Notes: generated by a model not told the origin, from the sequence alone. A stretch of DNA of 64,000 nucleotides from Candidatus Omnitrophota bacterium (GCA_023247795.1 JAHFFT010000002.1:31760-95759), one strand, 5' to 3'; numbered from the stretch's first letter, positions 10,244-20,008 are shown. Numbers and translations: made by a program.

Positions 10244-10966
10244 ATGGATGCGATCTTAAAAAGTTCCGGGCTCGTTTTGCTCAATGCATCCCATTACAAC
10301 CATTGGCAGTATGAGCAATTCCGGCCTTACATCGGCGAAACGGTCTTGGAGATCGGGTGCGGAATTGGAAATTTGACTCAATATTTGCTGAAAGACGCTC
10401 AATTCCTTTTGTCTGTTGATACACGACCTGAGGCCATTGCTTTCATGCAAAAGCGATGTCTGCCGACCGCTAATTTTAAGGTGGAGTATCTTGATATCTT
10501 TCGTGAAGGGTTAAAAGAGTATTCCAAAAAATCATTTGATACGATTGTATTTTCAAATGTGCTTGAACATATTGAAGATGATGTCCAGGCGATGACAACG
10601 TGCCATGACATTTTGCGGCATACGGGGGGGAAACTTTTATTGCTCGTCCCGGCGCATAAACTTCTATACGGGACATTGGACGCTGAAGCCGGACATTTCC
10701 GTCGCTACTCTAAGCAAAGGATTATCAATCTGGCAAGGATAGCGCATTTTAAAATCCTAGATCTTTATGCTTTCAATATCAGTGGGGCGCTGGGATGGTT
10801 TCTAAATTATTGTGTTTTAAGACGGAAAGGCATCCATGATTCGTTGGACACCTTGCAGATGGATTTTTATGACCGTTATTTAGTTCCCCCCTGTCAATTC
10901 TTGGAAAAAAGAATAAGGCCGATAATAGGGATTTCTTATATTGCCATCTTAGAGGCAGAAAAATGA
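10244..10966 (+). CDS. class I SAM-dependent methyltransferase
   Basis: VLEIGCGIGNLTQYL motif I and DTIVFSNVLEHIED. Confidence 0.65.
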   Translation: MDAILKSSGLVLLNASHYNHWQYEQFRPYIGETVLEIGCGIGNLTQYLLKDAQFLLSVDTRPEAIAFMQKRCLPTANFKVEYLDIFREGLKEYSKKSFDTIVFSNVLEHIEDDVQAMTTCHDILRHTGGKLLLLVPAHKLLYGTLDAEAGHFRRYSKQRIINLARIAHFKILDLYAFNISGALGWFLNYCVLRRKGIHDSLDTLQMDFYDRYLVPPCQFLEKRIRPIIGISYIAILEAEK

Positions 10967-12327
10967 AAAAGATCATTATTGTTGGAGCCGGCTTGACGGG
11001 ATTGGCGTTTGCTTACGAGTGTTTATTGCGTAAATACGACGTTCTCATTGTGGAAAATTCAACGGAAGTGGGAGGGTTGGCCCGTTCGGTTAGCCACAAT
11101 GATTGTCGTCTGGATATTGGGGTCCATGTTCTATATTTGAAGGATAAGCAGGTTAGAGCGAAAGTTGCTGAAGTCATTCCTCAAGAAAAATGGCTGTCGG
11201 TACGCAGAAATGGAAAGCTGTACCTGAAAGGTCGGTATGTGGATTGGCCTCCGACATCACGTTCCTTGTTTCAACTCCCATTGGGGTTCAGTCTTCGGGT
11301 TTTTTTAGATCAGGTTTTAAAGAAAAAGAATGAGGAGAGTAGCCCAAATTTTGAAAGCGCGATTCTTGATCTCTATGGCCCAACGCTTTACCGTTCTTTT
11401 TTTCAGCCTTTGACGAGAAAGTTTTTTCAGACCGATCCAAAAAAATTACACGCGGATTGGGCGTTTTCCAGCTTACGTTCCGCGACTAAAATTGAGGATC
11501 AATCGTTCGCGCAGTCGAATCAATATTTGACCCAGACAACAGACGCCAAGTCCAAAAGGGATTTTAATATTTTTAAGTTTTTGTCGCAATCGCTTAAGAC
11601 CGACCGGGACAACGAGCCTTTTTATTATTTCAGCGATGGATTTGGCGCGTTGGTGGACGCGTACAAGGAGAAAATTTTACAGCTCGGTGGACGGATCATC
11701 TTGAACAAAAGTGTTACGGCGTTAAAAGTGGAGCAAAATAAGATAAAACAAGCCACCATTGATGGGCAGATTTATGAGATCGATGAGTTGGTATGGACTG
11801 GCAATCCTTTTGCTTTGTGCCGCCTTTTGAACATCGTTTGCCCACCGCTGGATTTTTTACATTCAAAATTTGTTTATGCTTTCTTGAAGAGGTGCCGTAA
11901 GGACCACCAAGTTTGCTATTATGCTGATTCTGACATTCCGTTTGTGCGCGCGACGATTCTCTCCAATCATTCCAAGGACATTATCCGCAACAAAAATGTC
12001 AGTGATGTGGTCTGTTTGGAGTACCCGTTTAAATCGCTGGAAGACCTGGCTGCAAATTCTACGGACATCAAACTTCAAGTCATTAAGGAATTGATCAAAT
12101 TAAAAATGATTGATCAAGATTTGGATGTGGAGAGTATTTTTGAAATTAAGGTGCCGTATTCTTATCCGATCTTGACGACGGATTATCGTGAGAAAACAGC
12201 TGAGCTGCAGCAGAGATTGAGTCAGTTTGACCATTTGATTGTGACGGGACGTCAGGCATCGTTCAATTATGAGAATTCCGATATCATCATCAAAAATGTT
12301 TTGCATCATCCCCTGTTTCGTTCATAA
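10963..12327 (+). CDS. FAD-dependent oxidoreductase (amine-oxidase/protoporphyrinogen-oxidase or UDP-galactopyranose-mutase-like fold)
   Basis: N-terminal dinucleotide-binding IIIVGAGLTGLAFAYE…VIVEN. Overlaps the previous gene by 4 nt (ATGA). Confidence 0.55.
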   Translation: MKKIIIVGAGLTGLAFAYECLLRKYDVLIVENSTEVGGLARSVSHNDCRLDIGVHVLYLKDKQVRAKVAEVIPQEKWLSVRRNGKLYLKGRYVDWPPTSRSLFQLPLGFSLRVFLDQVLKKKNEESSPNFESAILDLYGPTLYRSFFQPLTRKFFQTDPKKLHADWAFSSLRSATKIEDQSFAQSNQYLTQTTDAKSKRDFNIFKFLSQSLKTDRDNEPFYYFSDGFGALVDAYKEKILQLGGRIILNKSVTALKVEQNKIKQATIDGQIYEIDELVWTGNPFALCRLLNIVCPPLDFLHSKFVYAFLKRCRKDHQVCYYADSDIPFVRATILSNHSKDIIRNKNVSDVVCLEYPFKSLEDLAANSTDIKLQVIKELIKLKMIDQDLDVESIFEIKVPYSYPILTTDYREKTAELQQRLSQFDHLIVTGRQASFNYENSDIIIKNVLHHPLFRS

Positions 12328-12381
12328 CAATGGAATGCCAAGGTTTAGTTGCATGATTTAATCGGGGGAAGGGCAAGAAAG

Positions 12382-14016
12382 ATGTCAATCCAGGTGGAAA
12401 ATAAATTTAAAATCATTGGGATATTACTTTTTTTATTAGTTTTATTGATTAACCCTTTTGTTGTGCAGCAATTGACGGTGCAGTACTATATTTTTAGCTT
12501 GTTGTTTTTAGTTTTCGGTTTGGGTTGCTATTTTAATTTTTTTGGATTAGGTAAAAAAGTAATAGGTGTCTTTAAATATTTCGAGAGTCATAATGGTTGG
12601 TGGCTGCTGATGACGCAGGCCGCCATTTATATTTTTTATCTACTGTTGAATCAAGACCTCCTATCATATCAACTGCATGCTGGTTCTGGAGATGGGCTGA
12701 GTTACACTGGCTTTGATTTTTCTTCCTGGACTTCAGCCTTGGGTAGCATTCGTACGGTCGGGTTACCGGTGATCCTGAAGATTTATGGTTTAGTATTTCA
12801 AAATTTTCACTTTTGGCCGCATTTTCAGAGATTGTCTTACATTTTATCAGTATTTTTTCTTTATGGGTGTTTCTTGAGATTTGGGTTTAATAGGATATTT
12901 GCGTTGTTGGTTGTTTCTTTGTTACTTTGGGATAATGCGGACAACTACATATTCTGTGATGCTGGGACCGAAGTATTTGCCGCGGTTTTTTTACAATTAA
13001 CTATTGGTAGCATGCTTTTGGCTATTCGGAACTGGAACTGGAAAACCGCGGTATCGCTGGGAGTCAGTACATTTTTCCTTTATCAAATCCGTCCCAATTT
13101 CGCGTTCATACCAATCTTAGTTCCGTTATGGGCGGTTGGTATTTCAGTGATTAAAGAGACTTTTTTGTTGGCCCGGGCTCGCAATATTTTCTTTCGCTTT
13201 TCTCTGGTCACTATCTTGCCGCTCTTTTTGTTTTGTTTGCTTCGTCTTTTGGTTGTGGAGCAATTCGGTGTCGTATCCATGAGCGGTGGATGTCTCGCGG
13301 GGCACGCGGTTCATTATTTGAACGAAGAAAATATTCAGCATTTATCAGGGGACGTGAGAATGTTGGCCGATGAAATATTGGTCCGTAAACGCCAGCTAAC
13401 ACCGCCGAACAATCTTTCCCCATTTGAATGGATTACATTTGTTTCTGAGGAGGAGAAAGTTGAAATGGAGGCGAATGCCTTTGGTCCTAATTTGATGACT
13501 TCGTGGGATGTTGCTATAAGGCATCTTAGAGGAGTTGAACCATTTCCAGATCCAAAACAGAACATTGAACCGTGGAAACACACGTTGACATTATCGGGTT
13601 TTCACACTCAGTATTATAATTTTGAAACAGATCGTCTTTTGATGAGATTTTCAATAGCTGTTTTGACTCGCGAATGGAAAAGATATGTTCATTGGCTGGT
13701 GGGCGGCACTTTTTACGGCATGAGGGAGTATTGTAAATCACGATCATGGCTGCCTTGGTTAGGTTTTCTTGGGATTATTAAATTGACGTATTTTTTGTTG
13801 GCCAATGGTTGGGATGTCGTTCGGCTTAAGTGCTGGCATCGGGATATCGCGATTTTTTTGATGATTGCTGGAAGCATTTTCGTTTTTGGTTTTATTCCAA
13901 TAATCGTTTTTAATTATCCATTCGCGCGTCTTTTTGATTGGATCGGAATTTATTTGTTGCCGGCGGTTCTGTGTTTTACACTACCGCCTTTCTGGTTAAA
14001 GCGGGAAGCCGCGTAA
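12382..14016 (+). CDS. polytopic membrane protein, paralog 1 of a tandem pair (about 545-555 aa)
   Basis: Multiple TM segments. Central ~100 aa soluble loop (…LTPPNNLSPFEWITFVSE…). The ORF track starts at TTG 12349; ATG 12382 with an upstream GGGGAAGG is the likelier start. C-terminus LPPFWLKREAA is identical to the next gene. Confidence 0.5.
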   Translation: MSIQVENKFKIIGILLFLLVLLINPFVVQQLTVQYYIFSLLFLVFGLGCYFNFFGLGKKVIGVFKYFESHNGWWLLMTQAAIYIFYLLLNQDLLSYQLHAGSGDGLSYTGFDFSSWTSALGSIRTVGLPVILKIYGLVFQNFHFWPHFQRLSYILSVFFLYGCFLRFGFNRIFALLVVSLLLWDNADNYIFCDAGTEVFAAVFLQLTIGSMLLAIRNWNWKTAVSLGVSTFFLYQIRPNFAFIPILVPLWAVGISVIKETFLLARARNIFFRFSLVTILPLFLFCLLRLLVVEQFGVVSMSGGCLAGHAVHYLNEENIQHLSGDVRMLADEILVRKRQLTPPNNLSPFEWITFVSEEEKVEMEANAFGPNLMTSWDVAIRHLRGVEPFPDPKQNIEPWKHTLTLSGFHTQYYNFETDRLLMRFSIAVLTREWKRYVHWLVGGTFYGMREYCKSRSWLPWLGFLGIIKLTYFLLANGWDVVRLKCWHRDIAIFLMIAGSIFVFGFIPIIVFNYPFARLFDWIGIYLLPAVLCFTLPPFWLKREAA

Positions 14017-14023
14017 GCGTAAT

Positions 14024-15718
14024 TTGACGCCTTTCTTGTCGACAGACAATAGTTTTATTATACAGAAGGGTAGAGCAGTGGTAGAGCAAATTGAAAAAAG
14101 ATCTAGAATTATTGGGATTGCTTTTTTTTTATTAATTTTATTCATTAACCCTTTTGTTTTGCAACAATTGACACGGTATCCTTTTATTTATAGCCTGGTG
14201 TTTTCATTTTTAGGGATGTGTTATTATTTTCAAATTTTTTGGTTAGGCAAGAAAGTAACAGCCAGCTTCCAATATCTCAACAGCCAAAATTGTCTATGGT
14301 TGCTCGTCGTACAGTCAATCGTTTTTTTAGTCTTTCTCTCGATAAACAACTGTCTTAAGTGGGACCCAAATTATGCTTTTGGGGGAGATGCGCCAAGTTA
14401 TATCGAATTTGATTTTTCTTCTTGGGCTTCTATCTTGGGGAATCTTCGGACTTTCGGATTACCTTTAATTATTAAGAGTTACCAATTGGTATTTAAGGAT
14501 TTTCAACCTTGGCCGTATGTCCAGATGATTTCTTATGTTTTTTCTATTTTTTTTCTTTATTGGTGCCTTTTGAGTTTTGGTTTTAATAAAATATTTGCGT
14601 TGCTTATTGTTTCGTTTTTGCTTTGGGACAAAACGAATTTTCTTGCTTTTCGTTTTATCCGAACGGAATCTCTTTCTGCGACATTTCTACATCTCTCTGT
14701 TGGTAGCATGCTTTTGGCTATTCGGAACTGGAACTGGAAAACCGCGGTATCACTGGGAGTCAGCACATTTTTTCTCTATCAAATCCGTCCCAATCTTTCG
14801 TTCATAGCAATCTTAGTTCCGTTATGGGCGGTCGGCATTTCAGTGATTAAAGAGCATTTTCATTTGGCCCAGGCTCGCAACATTTTTTTTCGTTTTTCTC
14901 AAGTGACCATCTTGCCGCTCTTTTTGTTTTGCTTGCTGCGTCTTCTGGTTGTGGGGCAATTTGGTGTGGTGTCCATGAGTGGCTTATGTCTTGCTGGGCA
15001 TGCGGCACATTATTTAAATGAGAAGAGCATCCAATATTTATCAGGGGACGTGAGAACGTTGGCGGATGAAATATTGGTGCGTAAACGTCAGTTAACCCCT
15101 CCTAACAATCTTTCACCATTTGAATGGATTACATTTGTTTCGGAGGCGCAGAAGGTTGAAATGGAGGCCGACGCATTTGGCGCTGATTTGACGATCGCTT
15201 GGAACGTTGCAATTAAACAGATTAAGGGTGTTGAGCCATTTGATGATCCGAGACTGAAGATTGAAGCGTGGAAAACCAATTTGATGGAATTGGCGATTTT
15301 TCAATTTCATCAACATAATTTTAAAATAGATCGTCTTTTGATGAGATTTTCAATAGCAGTTTTGACTCGGGAATGGAAAAGATATGTTCATTGGCTGTTG
15401 GGTGGCAGTTTCTATGGTATGAGGATATATTTGGAATCGCGGTCGTTTTGGTTGATTTGTTTAGGATATTTAGTGATAGGGAAATTGATTTTTTTGCTGT
15501 TGTGCCAGAGATTGGATGGTGCTGAGCTTAAGCGTTGGAATCAGGATATCAAAATTTTCATGATGATGGCCGGCAGCCTTTACATTTTTGGTCTTATTCC
15601 TGTGGTGGTTTTTAATTATCCATTCCTGCGACTTCTTGATTTGATTGGTATTTATTTGTTGCCAGCGTTCTTGTGTTTTTCGTTGCCGCCTTTTTGGTTA
15701 AAGCGGGAAGCCGCGTAA
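14024..15718 (+). CDS. polytopic membrane protein, paralog 2 of the tandem pair (564 aa from the ORF track; true start uncertain)
   Basis: Collinear with 12382..14016. Stretches of nucleotide-level identity (e.g. LLAIRNWNWKTAVSLGVSTFFLYQIRPN) and the same C-terminus. Confidence 0.5.
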   Translation: MTPFLSTDNSFIIQKGRAVVEQIEKRSRIIGIAFFLLILFINPFVLQQLTRYPFIYSLVFSFLGMCYYFQIFWLGKKVTASFQYLNSQNCLWLLVVQSIVFLVFLSINNCLKWDPNYAFGGDAPSYIEFDFSSWASILGNLRTFGLPLIIKSYQLVFKDFQPWPYVQMISYVFSIFFLYWCLLSFGFNKIFALLIVSFLLWDKTNFLAFRFIRTESLSATFLHLSVGSMLLAIRNWNWKTAVSLGVSTFFLYQIRPNLSFIAILVPLWAVGISVIKEHFHLAQARNIFFRFSQVTILPLFLFCLLRLLVVGQFGVVSMSGLCLAGHAAHYLNEKSIQYLSGDVRTLADEILVRKRQLTPPNNLSPFEWITFVSEAQKVEMEADAFGADLTIAWNVAIKQIKGVEPFDDPRLKIEAWKTNLMELAIFQFHQHNFKIDRLLMRFSIAVLTREWKRYVHWLLGGSFYGMRIYLESRSFWLICLGYLVIGKLIFLLLCQRLDGAELKRWNQDIKIFMMMAGSLYIFGLIPVVVFNYPFLRLLDLIGIYLLPAFLCFSLPPFWLKREAA

Positions 15719-15748
15719 TTTGACGCATTTTCTGTCGGAGAGAAAAAA

Positions 15749-16267
15749 TTGATTTGTATTACGATCAGTTTAGCGTTTTTGATCCTATCAGTTTCATTTC
15801 ATTTGTTTTGGTGTAAATATTCAAAACGCCAGGGGCTGCATCTTACTTCCCTGATGGTCATTTATTTGTTGTTTTCTTCGTTGCTCGTAATCCTCACGGT
15901 GAGTAATATGGGAAAGGCCGTAGAGGAGCATCCATCCGATCTTTGGAACATGCCTTTGGGTTTGACAGCCATTCTTTTTTATCTTTTGCTTTTTTTTGTC
16001 TATTTTGTTTTGTTTACGACCACGGTCATTGATAGCCCATCCAATCACCTTACGGAGATGGTGAGAAATCAGGGGCCACTCACCTATCAACAGATATTGG
16101 ATAAAATGGGAGGGGACCATTTTATGATGTCAAGATTAAAAACTTTGGTGAGTGAGAAATATGTGGAAAATAACGGTTCGCGCTATCAGTTAACGGCAAG
16201 GGGTTGCTGGTTGGCAAGGATTTTGAACGCTTATCAACGGGTTTGCGGTCGGACTTGGGGAGGTTAA
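15749..16267 (+). CDS. small membrane protein with a C-terminal winged-helix-like soluble domain
   Basis: 3-4 TM segments followed by GPLTYQQILDKMG…LKTLVSEKYVENNGSRYQLTARG (helix-turn-wing pattern). TTG start in the track; an internal ATG is possible. Confidence 0.35.
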   Translation: MICITISLAFLILSVSFHLFWCKYSKRQGLHLTSLMVIYLLFSSLLVILTVSNMGKAVEEHPSDLWNMPLGLTAILFYLLLFFVYFVLFTTTVIDSPSNHLTEMVRNQGPLTYQQILDKMGGDHFMMSRLKTLVSEKYVENNGSRYQLTARGCWLARILNAYQRVCGRTWGG

Positions 16268-16272
16268 GGTTA

Positions 16273-16812
16273 ATGACGCTTTATGATAGTGTTGTGATTG
16301 TACCGGTCGGCGCTGCCTTTTTTATTTTTCTCGTGATTCATATTGGTTTTTTTCGATTTTTTCCAAGCCAGGACGTCTTACGAAATCTTATTCAGGTTTT
16401 CTTGATCGGTGGTGCGGCTCATATCGCCGCCTTCATTTATTATGGTGGACAGCAAGGGATCATCGGATCAATGGGTCTTTTGAGTCTGCTTTTTTTATTT
16501 GTCGTCTCATTTCTTTTGTATTCTTGCCTGGCGTACATTTATACGATTTGCGTGTTTGGTCCATACGAATCATCGATCCGCATACGCATTGTTCGTGAAT
16601 TGTATCGACAATATCCTAAGCTGATAAGCTGGAAGGAACTTTCGAATCATTACAATATTGACATGATATTGCGGCGACGGCTGGATCGTCTGGTTCGGTC
16701 CCGGGATTTCATTTTCGATGGCAAGTTTTATACAGCAGTTCGAAAAGTGAACATGTTCTCAATTCTTAAGATCGTTGGGAAGAAGTTGAGTGAATTAAGT
16801 AACAATCAATAA
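16273..16812 (+). CDS. small membrane protein with a C-terminal winged-helix-like soluble domain (second copy)
   Basis: ATG at 16273 (MTLYDSVVIV…). 4 TM segments, then IRIVRELYRQYPKLISWKELSNHY…RLDRLVRSRDFIFDGKFYTAV. Stop overlaps the start of the next gene. Confidence 0.4.
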   Translation: MTLYDSVVIVPVGAAFFIFLVIHIGFFRFFPSQDVLRNLIQVFLIGGAAHIAAFIYYGGQQGIIGSMGLLSLLFLFVVSFLLYSCLAYIYTICVFGPYESSIRIRIVRELYRQYPKLISWKELSNHYNIDMILRRRLDRLVRSRDFIFDGKFYTAVRKVNMFSILKIVGKKLSELSNNQ

Positions 16813-19800
16813 TGATCAAGCTGAACATGGCGTCATTTTTCCGTAACATCCTCTTTCTGATCGTTGGATTAAGCTGTGGATTGACGTTTTTATGGTTGAC
16901 GGTTAATGGACGCATCGGTGGTCATGACTTTTTGGCCATTGCGGTTGATCGATATTTTTTTCTTAATCAAACGATCTCTGGTCATGAATTCCCACAATGG
17001 ATCCCTTATGTAGTCCATGGTGCCCCAACGGCATATGCCAATGGGGCATATGGAGGACGTCTTCAAGATGTTCTGCTTTTGACCTCCTCTTTCCTTCCTA
17101 AAATCAACTTTCTGACCTATCTCAACTTAGGTTTTCTTATCGATGAGTTGCTATTAGCAGTGGGCATGTGGTTGTGGGCGTCAAGATTATTCAAACATAA
17201 GACCACAATGGCTTTTGTATCGGGTACAGTGCTCGCGTCTACGATATGGCTTTATGCGCCCGCTTTTAATCTGCAGATTTATTTTTCCATTCCCTTGGTT
17301 CTTTATTTTTTCCATCAATTTTTAGATCAAGGGAAATGGCGTTATTTTTTATTTGGGATGAATATGTTGGCCATTCAAACCATAGGGGGCGTTCCCTACT
17401 TTTTTCCAGCAACTAGTCTTGTTGTATTTTTATACGCGGTATTTTATTGTTTGTTCAATGTCAAGGACACATTGGTCAAACTGCGTCGAATCACGTTTTC
17501 CGTCCCCGCTGTCATAGTGTGCCTTTTGGTCATATTGTCATTCGTGATCGTTTTTAGCTTTTATCATTTTTCATTTGGCGAAATTTTTTTTAATAGAGGA
17601 GCTGGTCATGGGGAGATCGGACTTGATCAATTTTTGTCGTATGGGGGCTGTTTCGGATTCACGAAATGGACAGAGTTGATTCTGGGTTTTTCTTCGCATG
17701 TGGATACTGTTCTATATTCAGGAATTTCAACCGTCATTTTGGTGATGTTTTATGTATTTACAGGTGTTAAAAAGGAGAGTCTGCCTATTTTTGGCACTTT
17801 TATTTTTATTTTTTTCTTCAGTGCCGGTGGAATATTGGCAAAGATCTGTTATTATGCATGGCCGCTGATGTCATATTTCCGCCACGTTGCCTACATAGCC
17901 ATGATCGCTAAGGTTTTTTTAATTATGCTGGCGGGGTTCGGCTTGGACCGGTTGATCGATATGAAGCGCCAACCCAATGCCGGAACGAGCGCCAAGGCGC
18001 CTTTGACCTTGTGTATTGTCTTCACGATATTAATCGGCCTGTCCCTTTTCTATGCGAGTTCAAATTTTGATTTGATGGCAAAATCAACAGGTGTCATCGG
18101 CAAGTCAATATTAAAGCAATATTTATCATCAGCTAATTTCTATGATTTTGATGTTGATGGCCTGCGCGATGGGCAATTTGATGAAGGGGTGTCGTTTATC
18201 GTTTATCGGCTTATCTATACTTCGCTGATTGCCGTTATCATCGCTGGATTATTGGGCCTTTTATTCATGAAAGATGTCGCAAAGAGGAAAATATTTCTCA
18301 CGGTGTTTGTCCTTTTTCATTTTTATGATGTCTTTGGGTATAAGTATCTCGAGATGGGGTTAAGGACGGTGAAGCTGAAACAGGAAACCTTGGATCTTTT
18401 TAAATTTCAGGACATTCCGTTCAATCGCCAGCGGCGAATGGACTTGGATAAAAATAATCTAAGATTACAAGAGTTTTTTAATGTCCTTTTGACGGATCGA
18501 TTGATGTATGCCATGGATAACACCTTTCTTTTTGCCGACCAGGTAAATGGGGCATTTCGCACCGATTATTGGCCGAAGTCGTTCAATGATTATATCCGCG
18601 CGCATTGGCGGCTGCCTTTGGATGAGCATGATATCCCCAAGAAAAGTAACAATAGGCAAGGGAACGTGGTGTTCCCACTTCAGAAAGAATCGGCTAAGAA
18701 AATCTCCGGAATCACAAAGGAAAAAATACAGTTTTTTTCAAAGGCGTACGCGCTATCGAGTCGAGTGCAGACCGCTGAGGTGTTGGCGGACCCTCAATAT
18801 CAGGGGGACACGATTTTTCTTGATATGGATCAGGACGCTGAAAAGTCTTACCAAGGAGTTGTCGAGAGTTTCAATAAAGATGAATTGAACAGAAATGATC
18901 GGGTGACTTTGGGGTATGAGGTGCTGGAGTTTGACGCGAATAATTTGAAGTTATCGGTGAATAATAACAGCGGGCAAAAGGTGTGGCTGCATTACAGTGA
19001 CAGTTGGCATCCGTTTTGGAAGGTGACGATCAATGGGAAGAAGGGAGAGATCTACAAATCGAACTTGGCTTATAAGGCGGTGCTGTTGGAGCAGGGGGCG
19101 AATGTTGTATGGTTCCGGTTCCACTCATCGTGGATGGTATTTTTGCATTATGTGGTAGGGATCAATTCCTTATTGTGGATCATTGCGTTGTTTGGGTTTA
19201 TATTCTTGATTTTAAGACAAAAGGATGATGCATCTGAATTAAGAGGAAAGGAATGGGGATGTGTGATTTTGATTGTGGGGGCTTTAGTGGGTGCGCATCT
19301 TATGTTGGCAGGGCAGATACCGAAAGTGATGCACAAGGAGGACAAAGACGGGAAGAGCAATATGGATTATTTGGAACGGCTAGCGAAGAAAGAGGAAATG
19401 TTTGATGAAGGGAAGGTCAAAGGGGGAGTGAAAGTGCTGAACCGGTTAGCGCAGGTCAAAAATTATCGATCGATCGCGTTAGAGGATCTGGGATTTTGTT
19501 ATTACGCGAGCCATGATTGGGACAAGGCGTTGGAATATTACGCACGATCGATCAAAGAGGAGTCCTTTTTTTATGCGGCCCATTATGATGCCGCGTTGGT
19601 TTATTTACAACGCAAGGAGTATGGTGCTGCGATGGAACAATTGAAAGCGGGTGTGATGAAATTGCAAACATTTCGTTCCCTTGTGCAAAATCTGGTGGAT
19701 GGCGCGGCAAAGAATGGGGTAGGTGATTTTGTCAATAACGGGAGCGCACTTGTTGAAGAAATGAATCAGGATGAAGAGAAAATGTATTTATTGGTAAATG

Positions 19801-19913
19801 GGCAGCTGCCATCCGTTGAGGACTTGAATCCGCATTTTTTTGGAAAAGATCAACATGAATTCTATAAGCAACTGCTTGATCTTAATGATAAGTATCATTT
19901 TTGGCGATCTTAG
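16812..19913 (+). CDS. giant polytopic membrane protein, paralog A (1033 aa); candidate GT-C-fold glycosyltransferase with a C-terminal TPR-like domain
   Basis: ~13 N-terminal TM segments. First loop NGRIGGHDF…HEFPQW. ~270-aa soluble middle domain. Two further TM segments. C-terminal TPR-like repeats (YYARSIKEE…AAHYDAALVYLQRKEYGAAMEQL). Confidence 0.55.
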   Translation: MIKLNMASFFRNILFLIVGLSCGLTFLWLTVNGRIGGHDFLAIAVDRYFFLNQTISGHEFPQWIPYVVHGAPTAYANGAYGGRLQDVLLLTSSFLPKINFLTYLNLGFLIDELLLAVGMWLWASRLFKHKTTMAFVSGTVLASTIWLYAPAFNLQIYFSIPLVLYFFHQFLDQGKWRYFLFGMNMLAIQTIGGVPYFFPATSLVVFLYAVFYCLFNVKDTLVKLRRITFSVPAVIVCLLVILSFVIVFSFYHFSFGEIFFNRGAGHGEIGLDQFLSYGGCFGFTKWTELILGFSSHVDTVLYSGISTVILVMFYVFTGVKKESLPIFGTFIFIFFFSAGGILAKICYYAWPLMSYFRHVAYIAMIAKVFLIMLAGFGLDRLIDMKRQPNAGTSAKAPLTLCIVFTILIGLSLFYASSNFDLMAKSTGVIGKSILKQYLSSANFYDFDVDGLRDGQFDEGVSFIVYRLIYTSLIAVIIAGLLGLLFMKDVAKRKIFLTVFVLFHFYDVFGYKYLEMGLRTVKLKQETLDLFKFQDIPFNRQRRMDLDKNNLRLQEFFNVLLTDRLMYAMDNTFLFADQVNGAFRTDYWPKSFNDYIRAHWRLPLDEHDIPKKSNNRQGNVVFPLQKESAKKISGITKEKIQFFSKAYALSSRVQTAEVLADPQYQGDTIFLDMDQDAEKSYQGVVESFNKDELNRNDRVTLGYEVLEFDANNLKLSVNNNSGQKVWLHYSDSWHPFWKVTINGKKGEIYKSNLAYKAVLLEQGANVVWFRFHSSWMVFLHYVVGINSLLWIIALFGFIFLILRQKDDASELRGKEWGCVILIVGALVGAHLMLAGQIPKVMHKEDKDGKSNMDYLERLAKKEEMFDEGKVKGGVKVLNRLAQVKNYRSIALEDLGFCYYASHDWDKALEYYARSIKEESFFYAAHYDAALVYLQRKEYGAAMEQLKAGVMKLQTFRSLVQNLVDGAAKNGVGDFVNNGSALVEEMNQDEEKMYLLVNGQLPSVEDLNPHFFGKDQHEFYKQLLDLNDKYHFWRS

Positions 19914-20008
19914 TCCCTAGAAAGTAACAAGTCCGAGGCTACAAGTCTCAAGTTGCCAATTACTTGAGTCCTGAAACATGAGACCCTAGTTATGGGGTCG
20001 TCACCTTC
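19911..20008. repeat. ~98-nt conserved 3' repeat with nested hairpins (ctcaagt-N8-acttgag; gaccc-N7-gggtc). Copy 1, directly after paralog A.
   Basis: About 90% identical to 23179..23276. Contains a CAAGTCTCAAG-family palindrome. Confidence 0.6.

Noticed and set aside
12349-12381. TTG starts proposed by the ORF track for several genes (12349, 14024, 15749, 28710, 33080, 34775, 53153, 55252, 56705)
   Set aside because: In most cases an in-frame ATG with a better Shine-Dalgarno sequence lies 9-70 nt downstream. The N-terminal extensions overlap upstream genes or repeats. The downstream ATGs were used where clear.
18547-18888. Alternate-frame + strand ORFs recurring inside paralogs A, B and C (18547..18888, 21809..22096, 25254..25463) that look conserved
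   Set aside because: Their apparent conservation simply reflects the nucleotide identity of the paralogs. Arg/Ser-rich junk translation with no start context.
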